Counted from the first letter of the stretch, positions 1-8,813 are shown. The stretch is 64,000 nucleotides of DNA from Nanobdellota archaeon (GCA_051819685.1 JBNJGI010000002.1:2638-66637), one strand, 5' to 3'. Notes: a model not told the origin generated them from the sequence alone. Translations and numbers: made by a program.

Positions 1-405
1 TGCATCATGTCTTATTTCAGAATCCAGTTTTTCTGAAGTAGTTATTATTAATTCATAATCTTTAAGATAATTGTCAGCTGAATCTATATCTCCTATACTT
101 AATGATATTTTTATATCGGAATACCTTTCTTTAAAATCTTTAAATTTTTCCGCAGCTAACGATTTTAAAGGAGTTATATAGATAGCTTTTCCTTTTTTCT
201 TAAAAATAGGATCGGTTGTAGCCATTTCTGCTATAAGTGTCTTTCCTGAAGCTGTAGGTGTACATATTAGCATATTTTGTTCATTATCTAACAATCCTTT
301 TTTAATCGCTTTTTCTTGTGAAGGAAGAAATTTATTGATATTTCTTTTTTTTATTGAATCATATAAATTTTCATGCAGTTTTTCTTTAATTGAGTCGACT
401 TCCAT
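1..405 (-). CDS. Ski2-like/Hel308-type DEAD/DEAH-box helicase, N-terminal part (gene continues beyond left edge of window)
   Basis: Not in ORF track because no stop lies in the window. My translation of the minus strand from the ATG at 405-403 gives MEVDSIKEKLHENLYDSIKKRNINKFLPSQEKAIKKGLLDNEQNMLICTPTASGKTLIAEMA...YITPLKSLAAEKF...LIITTSEKLDS. It shows Walker A TPTASGKT, motif Ia TPLKSLA and motif TSEK, typical of archaeal Hel308/Ski2 helicases. Confidence 0.7.
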   Translation of the reverse strand, partial: MEVDSIKEKLHENLYDSIKKRNINKFLPSQEKAIKKGLLDNEQNMLICTPTASGKTLIAEMATTDPIFKKKGKAIYITPLKSLAAEKFKDFKERYSDIKISLSIGDIDSADNYLKDYELIITTSEKLDSEIRHDA

Positions 406-454
406 ATATTTTGTAATATCGAAGAATTTATAAAATCTTTTTTTTGGAGACTTT

Positions 455-700
455 ATGATAAAAATGGCATTCGATCCAAAATTAGACAAAGAAATATTTT
501 CAAAATATGTTGATTTCGACAATACAAGAATTATCGTAGCTGTAAAATGCTATAATGAAGGAACTAAAAAGCTTCAGATAACAAGAGAAAACATGACTCA
601 GGAAGGAGAAACACGTTTCGCTAAACTCGGACGTATGGTGAAAGAAGAAGCAGAAGCTGTAATTCCTTTAATGCAAGAAGCAATCCAACACATGGATTAA
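455..700 (+). CDS. hypothetical small protein (81 aa)
   Basis: ORF track. GGAGA lies a few nt upstream of the ATG. Any resemblance to PC4/YdbC-like ssDNA-binding proteins is only an impression. Confidence 0.5.
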   Translation: MIKMAFDPKLDKEIFSKYVDFDNTRIIVAVKCYNEGTKKLQITRENMTQEGETRFAKLGRMVKEEAEAVIPLMQEAIQHMD

Positions 701-715
701 TTTTAAAATAAGATT

Positions 716-973
716 TTATTTGATCTGTTTTTTCAGATCATCATTTTCTTTCTTTAGTTCATCAACGGCAGTTTCTATTGCTTTTTTAGCGCTTTCAGCC
801 TCAATGAAGAACTTAGGGTTACTAACCATAGGATGTTCCACATTGTATGAGCATGCACTTACACCTTTTTGTTGTGCTATTTTTTCTTTAAGTATATTTG
901 CAATGGTGTGATCTGCACCAACAAGCTCAAAAACTACTCTTGATTTTTTATCTTCTATAATTTTGATTTCCAT
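716..973 (-). CDS. rpoL: DNA-directed RNA polymerase subunit L (Rpo11)
   Basis: 85-aa protein MEIKIIEDKKSRVVFELVGADHTIANILKEKI...CSYNVEHPMVSNPKFFIEA. It matches the E-DHT-x-N-L and HP signature and the size of archaeal RpoL/Rpb11. Confidence 0.8.
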   Translation of the reverse strand: MEIKIIEDKKSRVVFELVGADHTIANILKEKIAQQKGVSACSYNVEHPMVSNPKFFIEAESAKKAIETAVDELKKENDDLKKQIK

Positions 974-1017
974 AAAAGATAGGCAAAATTATTCATTTAA
1001 AAAACTTTCTTTTAGCT

Positions 1018-1167
1018 GGCACATAAATTAATTTAATAATGATATTGCCTTGAAGTAGTTTTTGGATTTGAGGTAATAAATGGAACGAATAACAGGAGCC
1101 AAATTTAATTAATTTCATCCAGAAAACTTAACAATTGTTTGCAATATCACTCATTTTTATGGATGTG
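1018..1167 (+). mobile_element. R1 repeat (MITE-like, TIR-bounded), short form, copy A
   Basis: Left end is ggcacataaattaatttaataatgatattgccttgaag and right end is gcaatatcactcatttttatggatgtg. The core is homologous to the copies at 4215, 7293, 23290, 55183, 58965 and 62599. I define + orientation as GGCACAT..GATATTGCCTTGAAG at the 5' end. Confidence 0.75.
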
Positions 1168-1260
1168 ATTCTTTGTATTAAAAACATTACAATAGTCGAA
1201 GAAATAAATAAAGAGTATTTTATATTGCCAGAATCATCAAACCACATTTTAAATATTACG

Positions 1261-1330
1261 GAATTTGACAGAATTAGTCTTAGCCTAATTTCTGGGTTTT
1301 CTGCAAGAAAATATAAAATACAAAAATCTT
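1261..1330 (-). repeat. R2 repeat module, copy a
   Basis: atttgacagaattagtcttagcctaatttctgggttttctgcaag is the reverse complement of cttgcagaaaacccagaaatttggccagactaattctgtcaaat, which occurs at 23161-23212 and 55389-55433. Confidence 0.75.
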
Positions 1331-1377
1331 AGTAAATCCAAAACATTTTTAAAAAACTGATTCTAAAGTCCAGGAAG

Positions 1378-2232
1378 ATGGCAAAAAAATCTACAAAAAA
1401 TAAAGCTGGTAAAAAGAGCACTTCAAAAAAAGAAGGTTCTGGGTCCGGAAAAAAGTCATCTGTTAAGAAAAAGACAGTGAATAAATCTTCAAACAAAAAA
1501 AATACTAATGAATCTAAGGTAAAAGTTTCTGTAAACTCTACTGATGATTATGAAAAAGAATTGAAAAATATTGATAAAAAACCTTTTTTTAATTTTGATA
1601 TGCATCCTTTTGCTCTGGCCTCTCTTATAATAGTGCTTATTTTATTCATTTCAGCCGCTATATTAGCATATTTCAGCTTTAATTCAACTGTTGATGCTGT
1701 TTTAGTCGCTAAAAATGATAGCAGTGATAATAAAGATAATACAATTATAATAAAAGATCCATCAACAGAAATTGCTGATGAGATTAATAAAGAACAAAGA
1801 AACTCGTGCAAGGAAGTTTCATTCAATGTAGTGTGTGGATCAGAATATCCTGGAAACTCATGTAGTTATATTAATGATAATAATTTATCATCCCAATGGA
1901 TGGCTTCTGCAAGTTGCACATCAGGGAAAAAACCTTGTTCAGTGCTTAATTATATAACTGTTTCTTCAGAAAATAATTTCAGTAAGGTTAAGTTATGGAA
2001 CAGAGTTGAAAAAGATTATTATATAAATAGAGTATCTCTTACTTATAATAATATTTCTGAAGATTATCGCTATGGAGGACAGAATTATACAAAAACACCA
2101 TGGGTAATCGAATTGAAAGAACCTGCAAGTGCTGTAGAAATAAAAATTGTGGAAATTGTAGGTATAGGAAGGAATTACCTATCGGGAATCAGTGAGATAG
2201 AGCTTTATAAAAAAGGATGTAAAAACCCTTAA
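1378..2232 (+). CDS. hypothetical membrane-anchored protein (Lys/Ser-rich N-terminus, one TM, Cys-containing extracellular domain)
   Basis: ORF track, with AGGAAG before the ATG. It has a TM segment FALASLIIVLILFISAAILAYF. The C-terminal ...YLSGISEIELYK is reminiscent of discoidin/galactose-binding-like domains (weak). Confidence 0.6.
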   Translation: MAKKSTKNKAGKKSTSKKEGSGSGKKSSVKKKTVNKSSNKKNTNESKVKVSVNSTDDYEKELKNIDKKPFFNFDMHPFALASLIIVLILFISAAILAYFSFNSTVDAVLVAKNDSSDNKDNTIIIKDPSTEIADEINKEQRNSCKEVSFNVVCGSEYPGNSCSYINDNNLSSQWMASASCTSGKKPCSVLNYITVSSENNFSKVKLWNRVEKDYYINRVSLTYNNISEDYRYGGQNYTKTPWVIELKEPASAVEIKIVEIVGIGRNYLSGISEIELYKKGCKNP

Positions 2233-2238
2233 TTTCTT

Positions 2239-3228
2239 ATGTCTGATGTATTTTTTAGTAGGAAGATTGAAAAAATACTTGAAAAAATAAATCCTAAAGA
2301 TCTTGGTAATAATATAGGTTTAAAAGTACATTTTGGGGAAAAAGGATGCGATACTTATATTGATCCTGAAATTGTTAAAAAAATTTTTGATAAAGTGTCT
2401 GGAAACAATACTTCTCTTATAGAATGTAATGTTTTATATAAAGGAAGCAGGACTAAAACCAAGGACCATATAAAAACTGCAAAAGAACATGGTTTTAATT
2501 TTGCTCAGATAGATATCCTTGATGATGAGGGTGATATAAAGGTTGATATTGATAATGGTATTGTTAAAGAGGCAAAAATTGGTAAAGGTATAAAGAAATA
2601 TGATTCTATGATTGTCATATCACATTTTAAAGGTCATATACTTACTGGTTATGGAGGAGCATTTAAGAATATAGGGATGGGTCTTGGAAGCAGAGCAGGA
2701 AAATTACATATGCATTCTGATACAAAACCTTATATAGATATTGATAAATGTGTAGGTTGTGGTTTATGTGCTGAAAATTGTGATTTTGATGCTATTAAAA
2801 TAAATGGGAAAGCAAAAATTAATGAAAATAAATGTTCAGGATGTGCTATGTGTATTTCAACATGCCCTTATAATGCTGTAAGGATACCATGGGGAGGATC
2901 TTCTAGTGAAGAAGTGCAAAAAAAGATTATTGATTATACTGAAGCAGTTTTTAAATTAATACCTAAGGGGAAAGTAATTTACATAAATGTTTTAGAAAAC
3001 ATAACTTCTTTGTGTGATTGTGTAGGTAAGAAGCAAGAACCTATAATGAAAGATATAGGATTTCTTATAAGTAAAGACCCGGTTTCAATAGATAAAGCTT
3101 CACTTGATCTTGTTGATAAATATTCCTGCGGTAAATTCACAGAAAAAAGTGTTGATTTTTCTATACAAACATCTTATGCAGAAGAAAAAGGGTTGGGAGA
3201 AGAAGATTATGACCTTATTGAAATTTAA
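2239..3228 (+). CDS. DUF362 domain protein with 2x[4Fe-4S] ferredoxin insert
   Basis: Two CxxCxxCxxxCP motifs are present (CVGCGLCAENCD, CSGCAMCISTCP). The flanking ISHFKGH..GYGGAFKNIGMG is typical of the DUF362 family. Confidence 0.65.
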   Translation: MSDVFFSRKIEKILEKINPKDLGNNIGLKVHFGEKGCDTYIDPEIVKKIFDKVSGNNTSLIECNVLYKGSRTKTKDHIKTAKEHGFNFAQIDILDDEGDIKVDIDNGIVKEAKIGKGIKKYDSMIVISHFKGHILTGYGGAFKNIGMGLGSRAGKLHMHSDTKPYIDIDKCVGCGLCAENCDFDAIKINGKAKINENKCSGCAMCISTCPYNAVRIPWGGSSSEEVQKKIIDYTEAVFKLIPKGKVIYINVLENITSLCDCVGKKQEPIMKDIGFLISKDPVSIDKASLDLVDKYSCGKFTEKSVDFSIQTSYAEEKGLGEEDYDLIEI

Positions 3229-3556
3229 TCTTATCCATTAATTTTATACCTGTATTATCGACAAAACCTTTCGGTAATTCTATAAGTGTACTTGCTTTAC
3301 CTCTGTGATATATTGCTGGTGTAAATGGTTTAACATTCTTTTTGATATCAACCACGATACCATTTAAGTCAACCCAAATTACATCTATTGAAAAAAACAC
3401 AAACAACATATGAATTGGTATCTTTCGTTCATATCCGAAATCAAAAATATAAGCTTCATTTTTTATAGGCTTTCTGAACATAAGACCTCTGGCTTTTGAA
3501 AATATACTCTTTAAATAAACAATATTTTCTAAAGTATTGATGATCGAATGTTCCAT
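3215..3556 (-). CDS. DUF192 family protein
   Basis: ARGLMFR...PIHMLFVFFSIDVIWVD pattern is characteristic of DUF192. It overlaps the 3' end of the convergent neighbour by 14 nt. Confidence 0.55.
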   Translation of the reverse strand: MEHSIINTLENIVYLKSIFSKARGLMFRKPIKNEAYIFDFGYERKIPIHMLFVFFSIDVIWVDLNGIVVDIKKNVKPFTPAIYHRGKASTLIELPKGFVDNTGIKLMDKIKFQ

Positions 3557-3557
3557 T

Positions 3558-4175
3558 TTAGCAATTTAACTCCTTATTCTTTCCATTTCCACATTCTATT
3601 TTGTTGTTTATTATTGAATATGAATTAATATTTGGATTATCGACTTTTTGTTTACAACATGTATTTTTAGCTGAATTTTTGGCTAATTCCTTAAAGTTTT
3701 CCTCCATCTCTTTTCTTCTTTTAATATTATTTTCAACATCCATTTTATATGATTTTATAGTATTGGTCACTGAATTGTTGAATTCTTCTATTCTATTATC
3801 ACATTTTTTTTGCGCAAGCTCAAGATCAGAACTTATTCTCGAATTTTCTGTTTGATAATCTGATAAGTTTTCTTTGATTTTCTTATTTTCTTTAGTAATT
3901 ATTTTATTCGTCCTTTTACATGAAGTATAATTTATTTTTGTTAATGATAACTCTTTTTCTATATTTTTTAGAGATTCAAGAATTTCACCAGGATTTTCAC
4001 CATAATCTTTAAATCTTTTATTATTCATATAATGTTCAAAAGAAGGTTTTATCATAAAAAGCAATATTATTGAAAGTAATATAACTATGATTAATAGCCC
4101 ATTCATATGATGTGATTTTATGTGGTGTTTTGTATTACTTTTTTCAGAGTTTTTATTTTTTTCATCCATATACAC
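3558..4175 (-). CDS. hypothetical membrane-anchored coiled-coil protein
   Basis: ORF track. It has an N-terminal TM (LLIIVILLSIILLFMI) followed by a Lys/Glu/Asn-rich heptad-like sequence. Its stop lies 1 nt from the start of the downstream gene. Confidence 0.55.
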   Translation of the reverse strand: MYMDEKNKNSEKSNTKHHIKSHHMNGLLIIVILLSIILLFMIKPSFEHYMNNKRFKDYGENPGEILESLKNIEKELSLTKINYTSCKRTNKIITKENKKIKENLSDYQTENSRISSDLELAQKKCDNRIEEFNNSVTNTIKSYKMDVENNIKRRKEMEENFKELAKNSAKNTCCKQKVDNPNINSYSIINNKIECGNGKNKELNC

Positions 4176-4214
4176 AATAATTTATTTATACCTTTATATT
4201 TTTGATGGTTATAT

Positions 4215-4365
4215 GGCAAATATAATAAACGAGTTATGATGTTGCCTTGAAGTAGTTTTTTAATTTGCGGTAAGGAGTAGAACGACTTACAGGAGCGCAA
4301 ATTATATCAAGTTCACCCGGAGGACCGAACATTTGTTCGCAACATCACCATTTTTATAGATGTGC
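4215..4365 (+). mobile_element. R1 repeat, short form, copy B
   Basis: ggcaaatataataaacgagttatgatgttgccttgaagtag...tttgcggtaaggagtagaacgacttacaggagcgcaaa...gttcgcaacatcaccatttttatagatgtgc. It is flanked by tggttata(t/c) at 4206-4214 and 4366-4374. Confidence 0.8.
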
Positions 4366-4374
4366 TGGTTATAC

Positions 4375-4417
4375 GGCAAATATAATAAACGAGTTATGAT
4401 GTTAACTTATGAGATGC
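4375..4417 (+). mobile_element. R1 mini-element (left TIR joined to a right-TIR remnant), immediately after copy B
   Basis: ggcaaatataataaacgagttatgatgtt is identical to the left TIR of copy B. It is followed by aacttatgagatgc, which resembles the right-TIR tail. Confidence 0.6.
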
Positions 4418-4503
4418 AAGTTTACAGTTGTAAGCCAAGCGATATAAATAAAAACTATTTGATATTTTAAGAATAAAAAGAGAAATAAAAAAAATAAATC
4501 AAT

Positions 4504-5604
4504 TTATTTGATTTCTATATTTTCAATTATTTTGCTTCTTGTGTCATAAAGAACATTGGTCGTAGTAGTCATATCAGGAACTTTACTAATTGAAGAAACT
4601 CTTATGATATGATATCCGTAACTTGTTTCAACTGGTTCTGATATTTCTTTTTCCTCAAGGTTGAAATTTATTTCTTCAAATTTCGCTACCATCTGTCCTT
4701 TTTTCAGCATTCCAAGATATCCTCCTCTTGTACCAGAAGGTCCGTCAGAGTATTCTTTAGCTAAAGAAGCAAAGTAAGCTCTTGTATTATTATTCTCGGC
4801 TTTTTCTTGTATCATATTTGCCCTTTCAAAAGCTTCCTCTTTTGTTCTATTACTATTGCATATCTGAGAACCATTAAAACATACCAGGATATGGCTTGTG
4901 TTTCTAGCTTCTGCTTTTGGAACTTTTTCTGCAATCTCTTCTTTTAGGAATTGCTGGATAAGATAATCTTTCTTAAGTTCTTTTCTGTATGCATTATTAA
5001 ACTGTTCTTTTGACATATTGAAAGAAGTTATTATTTTCTGTACATTCGGTTCTGATAACAACATATCTACATTTTCTTCAATCTCTTTTTTATCTGCCAA
5101 GTTTTTAGAGTTATAATAAAGTATATCTCTCACAGCTGCTTCTTCTAGTATGTTTTTTTCTGTCGCTTTCATTCCGCTTATTTTGAAAAGTTTTTCAATG
5201 AATTCATATTCCTTATCTGTTATTTTTATTTTATTTCCAGTATTTTCAAGTACTGGTTTTAAGGAACCATTTTCCATTTTATAAGAAATATCCATTGAAC
5301 TGAATTCAGCCAGTGTATTTTTTTCATTTTGCTGAATTTGATCCTGTTGAGTTCCGAAATCAGCATATTTTACCAAAAGCATTATTGCTAATAATAAAAC
5401 TAAGAATAATATCGCTGCAGAAATAGAATTGTTTTTCAATATCTTATTTATGTTCTTTTTTTGAGAAGATTTAGTTTTCGGCTGTGTTTTAACAGTTTTT
5501 GTTGGTTTTTTTGTTTTAGCCGAAGAAGTTTTCTTCTTACTTGCTGCACTTTTCGTTGTCTTGTTTTTACTTTTAGTGGTTTTCTTATTTGACATTAAAG
5601 TCAC
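4504..5604 (-). CDS. membrane-anchored parvulin-type peptidyl-prolyl isomerase (PrsA/SurA-like)
   Basis: The C-terminal PpiC domain reads HILVCF...FASLAKEYSDGPSGTRGGYLGMLKKGQMVAKFEE...EISEPVETSYGYHIIRV. The N-terminus is Lys/Thr-rich and carries a TM. Confidence 0.75.
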   Translation of the reverse strand: MTLMSNKKTTKSKNKTTKSAASKKKTSSAKTKKPTKTVKTQPKTKSSQKKNINKILKNNSISAAILFLVLLLAIMLLVKYADFGTQQDQIQQNEKNTLAEFSSMDISYKMENGSLKPVLENTGNKIKITDKEYEFIEKLFKISGMKATEKNILEEAAVRDILYYNSKNLADKKEIEENVDMLLSEPNVQKIITSFNMSKEQFNNAYRKELKKDYLIQQFLKEEIAEKVPKAEARNTSHILVCFNGSQICNSNRTKEEAFERANMIQEKAENNNTRAYFASLAKEYSDGPSGTRGGYLGMLKKGQMVAKFEEINFNLEEKEISEPVETSYGYHIIRVSSISKVPDMTTTTNVLYDTRSKIIENIEIK

Positions 5605-5768
5605 CTCGTAAAATCATTAAATCTTGATTCTTAAGATGGTTTTATTTACGGACATTTTTAAATTTTTGTGAATTAATAAAAATATGAAAAAATTTCGGGA
5701 TAGCACACTGTGCCTTTTTATCGATACATTTATAAATAGAATTAAAAAATAAATCATTGGGTTGTTAC

Positions 5769-6404
5769 ATGATTAAAAAGGTTCAATTAGCGTTTAAAAA
5801 AATTTTTGAAAAATTCTTCAAAAAACACAAGAAAGTAAAATTAGGTCTCTACGGTCCGCCCAATGGTGGTAAAACTACTCTTGCAAACAGGGTATGTAAG
5901 GATTGGTTAGGTGAAGATATAGGGTCTGTATCTGATATGCCTCATGAAACAAGAGAGATAGCTATAAAGGAATCAATAAATATAAAAAATGATGATGGAA
6001 GGGAAATAAAGTTTAATCTGGTTGATACTCCTGGAATTGCTACAAAAGTTGATTTTGAGGATTTTCTTAAATATGGTTTAAAAGAAACAGAAGCTAAAAA
6101 AAGAGCCAAAGAAGCTACTAAAGGCATTATTGATTCCATCAAATGGCTTGATGAGATGGATTGTGTAATTGTTGTGGTAGATTCAACATTAGATCCTTAT
6201 TCTCAAGTAAATGTAACTATAATTGGAAACCTTGCTGCAAGAAACATACCCGTAGTTGTCGCAGCCAATAAGAATGACCTCAAGAAATCTAATGTGAAAA
6301 AGATAGAAGCTGCATTCCCTCAATATGAAGTTGTCGGTGTTTCTGCAAAAGAAGGAACTAACATGGACACATTCTACAAAAAATTGTTTAAGGTGATTGA
6401 ATGA
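5769..6404 (+). CDS. small GTP-binding protein (archaeal GTPase of the GTPase/DUF2073/Zn-ribbon operon)
   Basis: G1 GPPNGGKT, G3 DTPG, G4 NKND and G5 SAK are present. The track start at 5757 is TTG. I prefer the ATG at 5769 because tttataaata at 5729-5738 is a TATA-like box about 31-40 nt upstream. Confidence 0.75.
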   Translation: MIKKVQLAFKKIFEKFFKKHKKVKLGLYGPPNGGKTTLANRVCKDWLGEDIGSVSDMPHETREIAIKESINIKNDDGREIKFNLVDTPGIATKVDFEDFLKYGLKETEAKKRAKEATKGIIDSIKWLDEMDCVIVVVDSTLDPYSQVNVTIIGNLAARNIPVVVAANKNDLKKSNVKKIEAAFPQYEVVGVSAKEGTNMDTFYKKLFKVIE

Positions 6405-6799
6405 GTGGGAAAAATAAAAACTCCAAATCGCTTGTATTCGAATTTATGCAATTTTCTGAACTTAAAAAAATGTCTGTGGAAGAAAGAATCAAGACAATTA
6501 TAGATATAGTTAAAAGCAATAAAATAATATTGCTAGAAGGAAGATTCAAAAAACAGGAAGAAGCGCAATTGATCCAAACAACTATGGAATATATTGATAA
6601 TAAATTCAAAGGTATTGAAATTGCTGTAATAAATCCTTCTAAAGAGGAAGGCAGTTTCTTTAGTCGTCTGAAATCAAATATTGCTAATCTAATTTTAGGT
6701 GAAAGGGAAGGGTTTACTTTGATAGGACCTGCTACAATTATAAGGGATATAAAACAAGATTCTAAGAAACTGAATCAACTTTCGATAAGACTAGGATAA
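6401..6799 (+). CDS. conserved archaeal protein, probably DUF2073 family
   Basis: ATGA start/stop overlap with the GTPase gene. Size and position between the GTPase and the Zn-ribbon protein fit the conserved archaeal triad. The family call is from memory of that synteny. Confidence 0.45.
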   Translation: MSGKNKNSKSLVFEFMQFSELKKMSVEERIKTIIDIVKSNKIILLEGRFKKQEEAQLIQTTMEYIDNKFKGIEIAVINPSKEEGSFFSRLKSNIANLILGEREGFTLIGPATIIRDIKQDSKKLNQLSIRLG

Positions 6800-6802
6800 A
6801 AA

Positions 6803-7210
6803 ATGCCACACCAATGTGTAAGATGCGGAAAACTAATAGAAGACGGATCTAATGAGATTCTTCAGGGATGTAAAAATTGTGGAGGAAAGTTATTTTTCTT
6901 TATCAAGAAATCCAAGCTTAAGGAGATGGAGAATAAACCTGCTGAAAATCTTACTACAAAGGATAAGAAGCAGATAGAGAAAGATGTTGTTGATTTAATT
7001 GGAAAAGAATATAATCCTGATGCCCCAGTTATACTTAATTTTGAAAGCGTTCGCGTGTCTAAACCAGGGAAATTTGAACTTGATCTTGTAAGTCTTTTCG
7101 ATCAGAAAAAACCTTTGGTTTATAAGCTTGAAGAAGGGAAATACATGATAGATGTTGCTACAACTTTTGAACATGCTTCAAAAGGCAGTAAAAGAATCAA
7201 AGAAAAGTGA
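6803..7210 (+). CDS. Zn-ribbon containing protein (COG3364/DUF2072-like)
   Basis: N-terminal CxxC...CxxC ribbon: MPHQCVRCGKLIEDGSNEILQGCKNCGGKLFFF. Confidence 0.55.
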   Translation: MPHQCVRCGKLIEDGSNEILQGCKNCGGKLFFFIKKSKLKEMENKPAENLTTKDKKQIEKDVVDLIGKEYNPDAPVILNFESVRVSKPGKFELDLVSLFDQKKPLVYKLEEGKYMIDVATTFEHASKGSKRIKEK

Positions 7211-7292
7211 TAGATAAATATATTATATCTTTTTTATTTTTTAATTTTTTCTAAATTATAAAAAAATTTCAGTCAAAGATATTAGATAGAGG

Positions 7293-7445
7293 GACACAAT
7301 CACAAAAATGAGTGATATTGCGAACAACTCTTCGGCCTCTGGACGAACTTTATTTAATTTACGCTCCTGTAAGTCGTTTTACTCCTTACTGCAAATTAAA
7401 AAACTACTTCAAGGCAATATCATCATTAATTTTGTTACATGTGCC
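7293..7445 (-). mobile_element. R1 repeat, short form, copy C, with perfect 8-bp flanking duplication
   Basis: gacacaatcacaaaaatgagtgatattgcgaac...cttcaaggcaatatcatcattaattttgttacatgtgcc. gatagagg occurs at 7285-7292 and again at 7446-7453, directly abutting both ends. Confidence 0.85.
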
Positions 7446-7491
7446 GATAGAGGTATAAATTTTTAAATAATTTATAATTATTATAATTAAA

Positions 7492-8790
7492 ATGGAACTT
7501 GCAAATGCTAAGGGAACGAAAGATTACTTACCTGAGGAAATGATAATTCTAAATGAAATCATGACAAGATTAAGGATATATTTTGAAAGAGCAGGATTTA
7601 ATCCTCTTACAACACCTGCGATAGAAAAAATGGATGTTTTGGGTGCAAAATATGCAGGAGGATCTGAAATCCTTAAAGAAACATTCCAATTTAAAGACCA
7701 AGGTGAAAGAGAACTAGGGCTTAGATATGATTTGACAGTTCCTTTTGCAAGGGTTACAGGACAAAACCCTGAATTAAAATTTCCTTTTAAAAGATACCAA
7801 ATGGAAAAAGTATATCGTGATGGTCCTGTCGGACCAGGAAGATACAGAGAATTCTGGCAGTGTGATATAGATATGGTTGGTACAAAATCAATGAAAGCTG
7901 AAGCAGAAGTTTTATCGATTGCTGAGGAATTTTTCAAATCTTATGATTTTAATCCACTTATAAAATTAAATAATAGAAAAATTATGAATTCACTTCTTGA
8001 CAACTTTAAAATCGATAATAAAACTCCAGTAATACTGGTTATAGATAAATTTCTTAAAATGGATAAAAAAGATCTTGTAGGAGAACTTATTGATATAGGG
8101 TATGAAAAAGAAGAATCATCTGAAATTATAGATTTATTTGAAAGCTTAAGTAAATTAGATTCGAATGAAGAGAAGATTAAAGCCTGTAAAAAAATGATTA
8201 AAAGTGATGAAGGTAAAGAAGGGATAGAAGAGATAGAGCAGATACTTACTTATTGTAATAATTATGGTTTGAGTTCTGTTAGATTCGACCCGATACTTGC
8301 AAGAGGTCTTAATTATTATACTGGCCCTGTGTTTGAAACAGTGCTCGAAGGAAATAAAATAACGAGCTGTGTGTGTGCGGGCGGGCGCTTTGATAAGATG
8401 ATTGGAGATTTTCTTGAAAGCAAAGAAGAATTCCCTGCTGTTGGTTTAAGTTTTGGTGTAAGCAGGATATTTGATGCACTTATAGCAGATAATAAAATAA
8501 AAAACTCAAAAACCGTAACTCAAGTATTGGTTATTTCTATGAATCAGGATAAGTTTGCTATGCAGGTAACAAAAAAACTTAGAAGTAAAGGTATAAATAC
8601 AGAAATTGATATTATGGAGAGGAAAATAAGAAAAAATCTTGATTATGCTAATGGGATGAAGATACCTTTTGCAGTTATAATTGGAGAAAATGAAGTTGAA
8701 TCAGGGAAAATAACTTTAAAAAACCTTGATACCGGCGAACAAAAAAATATAGGGGTTGAAGAAGCAGGAAAAATTATCTTAAATACTTGA
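7492..8790 (+). CDS. hisS: histidine--tRNA ligase
   Basis: Class II aaRS motifs LRYDLTVPFAR, YREFWQCDID and AGGRFD, plus a C-terminal anticodon-binding domain. Confidence 0.9.
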   Translation: MELANAKGTKDYLPEEMIILNEIMTRLRIYFERAGFNPLTTPAIEKMDVLGAKYAGGSEILKETFQFKDQGERELGLRYDLTVPFARVTGQNPELKFPFKRYQMEKVYRDGPVGPGRYREFWQCDIDMVGTKSMKAEAEVLSIAEEFFKSYDFNPLIKLNNRKIMNSLLDNFKIDNKTPVILVIDKFLKMDKKDLVGELIDIGYEKEESSEIIDLFESLSKLDSNEEKIKACKKMIKSDEGKEGIEEIEQILTYCNNYGLSSVRFDPILARGLNYYTGPVFETVLEGNKITSCVCAGGRFDKMIGDFLESKEEFPAVGLSFGVSRIFDALIADNKIKNSKTVTQVLVISMNQDKFAMQVTKKLRSKGINTEIDIMERKIRKNLDYANGMKIPFAVIIGENEVESGKITLKNLDTGEQKNIGVEEAGKIILNT

Positions 8791-8813
8791 ATTTTGTTAT
8801 GTTGTTAAATTCT

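Noticed and set aside
1135-1332. Track ORF of 65 aa.
   Set aside because: It consists almost entirely of R1 right-TIR and R2 repeat sequence. It has no start context and no conservation logic, so it is likely spurious. The same applies to 4118-4300 (overlaps R1 copy B), 55428-55670 (overlaps R2 copy c) and the N-terminal extension 48582-48707 of the Zn-finger-like ORF (reads through an R1 mini and R3).
7524-7937. 137-aa antisense ORF inside hisS, and many similar track ORFs.
   Set aside because: These are shadow ORFs on the opposite strand or in alternative frames of well-supported genes. They have low-complexity, hydrophobic AT-rich-codon translations and no motifs. The others are 720-911, 1548-1826, 3601-3855, 5942-6142, 6388-6609, 10027-10227, 11902-12138, 12259-12453, 12630-12900, 13706-13964, 16895-17125, 19026-19307, 23472-23933, 24174-24541, 26093-26380, 27404-27625, 27897-28148, 28673-28870, 29812-30054, 31072-31320, 31604-32008, 32063-32275, 32226-32462, 32552-32875, 33951-34310, 34458-34785, 35851-36153, 37324-37873, 39347-39618, 41323-41726, 43340-43996, 47156-47851, 48745-48984, 49614-49871, 53076-53592, 57707-58045, 60068-60256, 60823-61074, 61348-61542, 62047-62316, 62960-63382 and 63596-63853.
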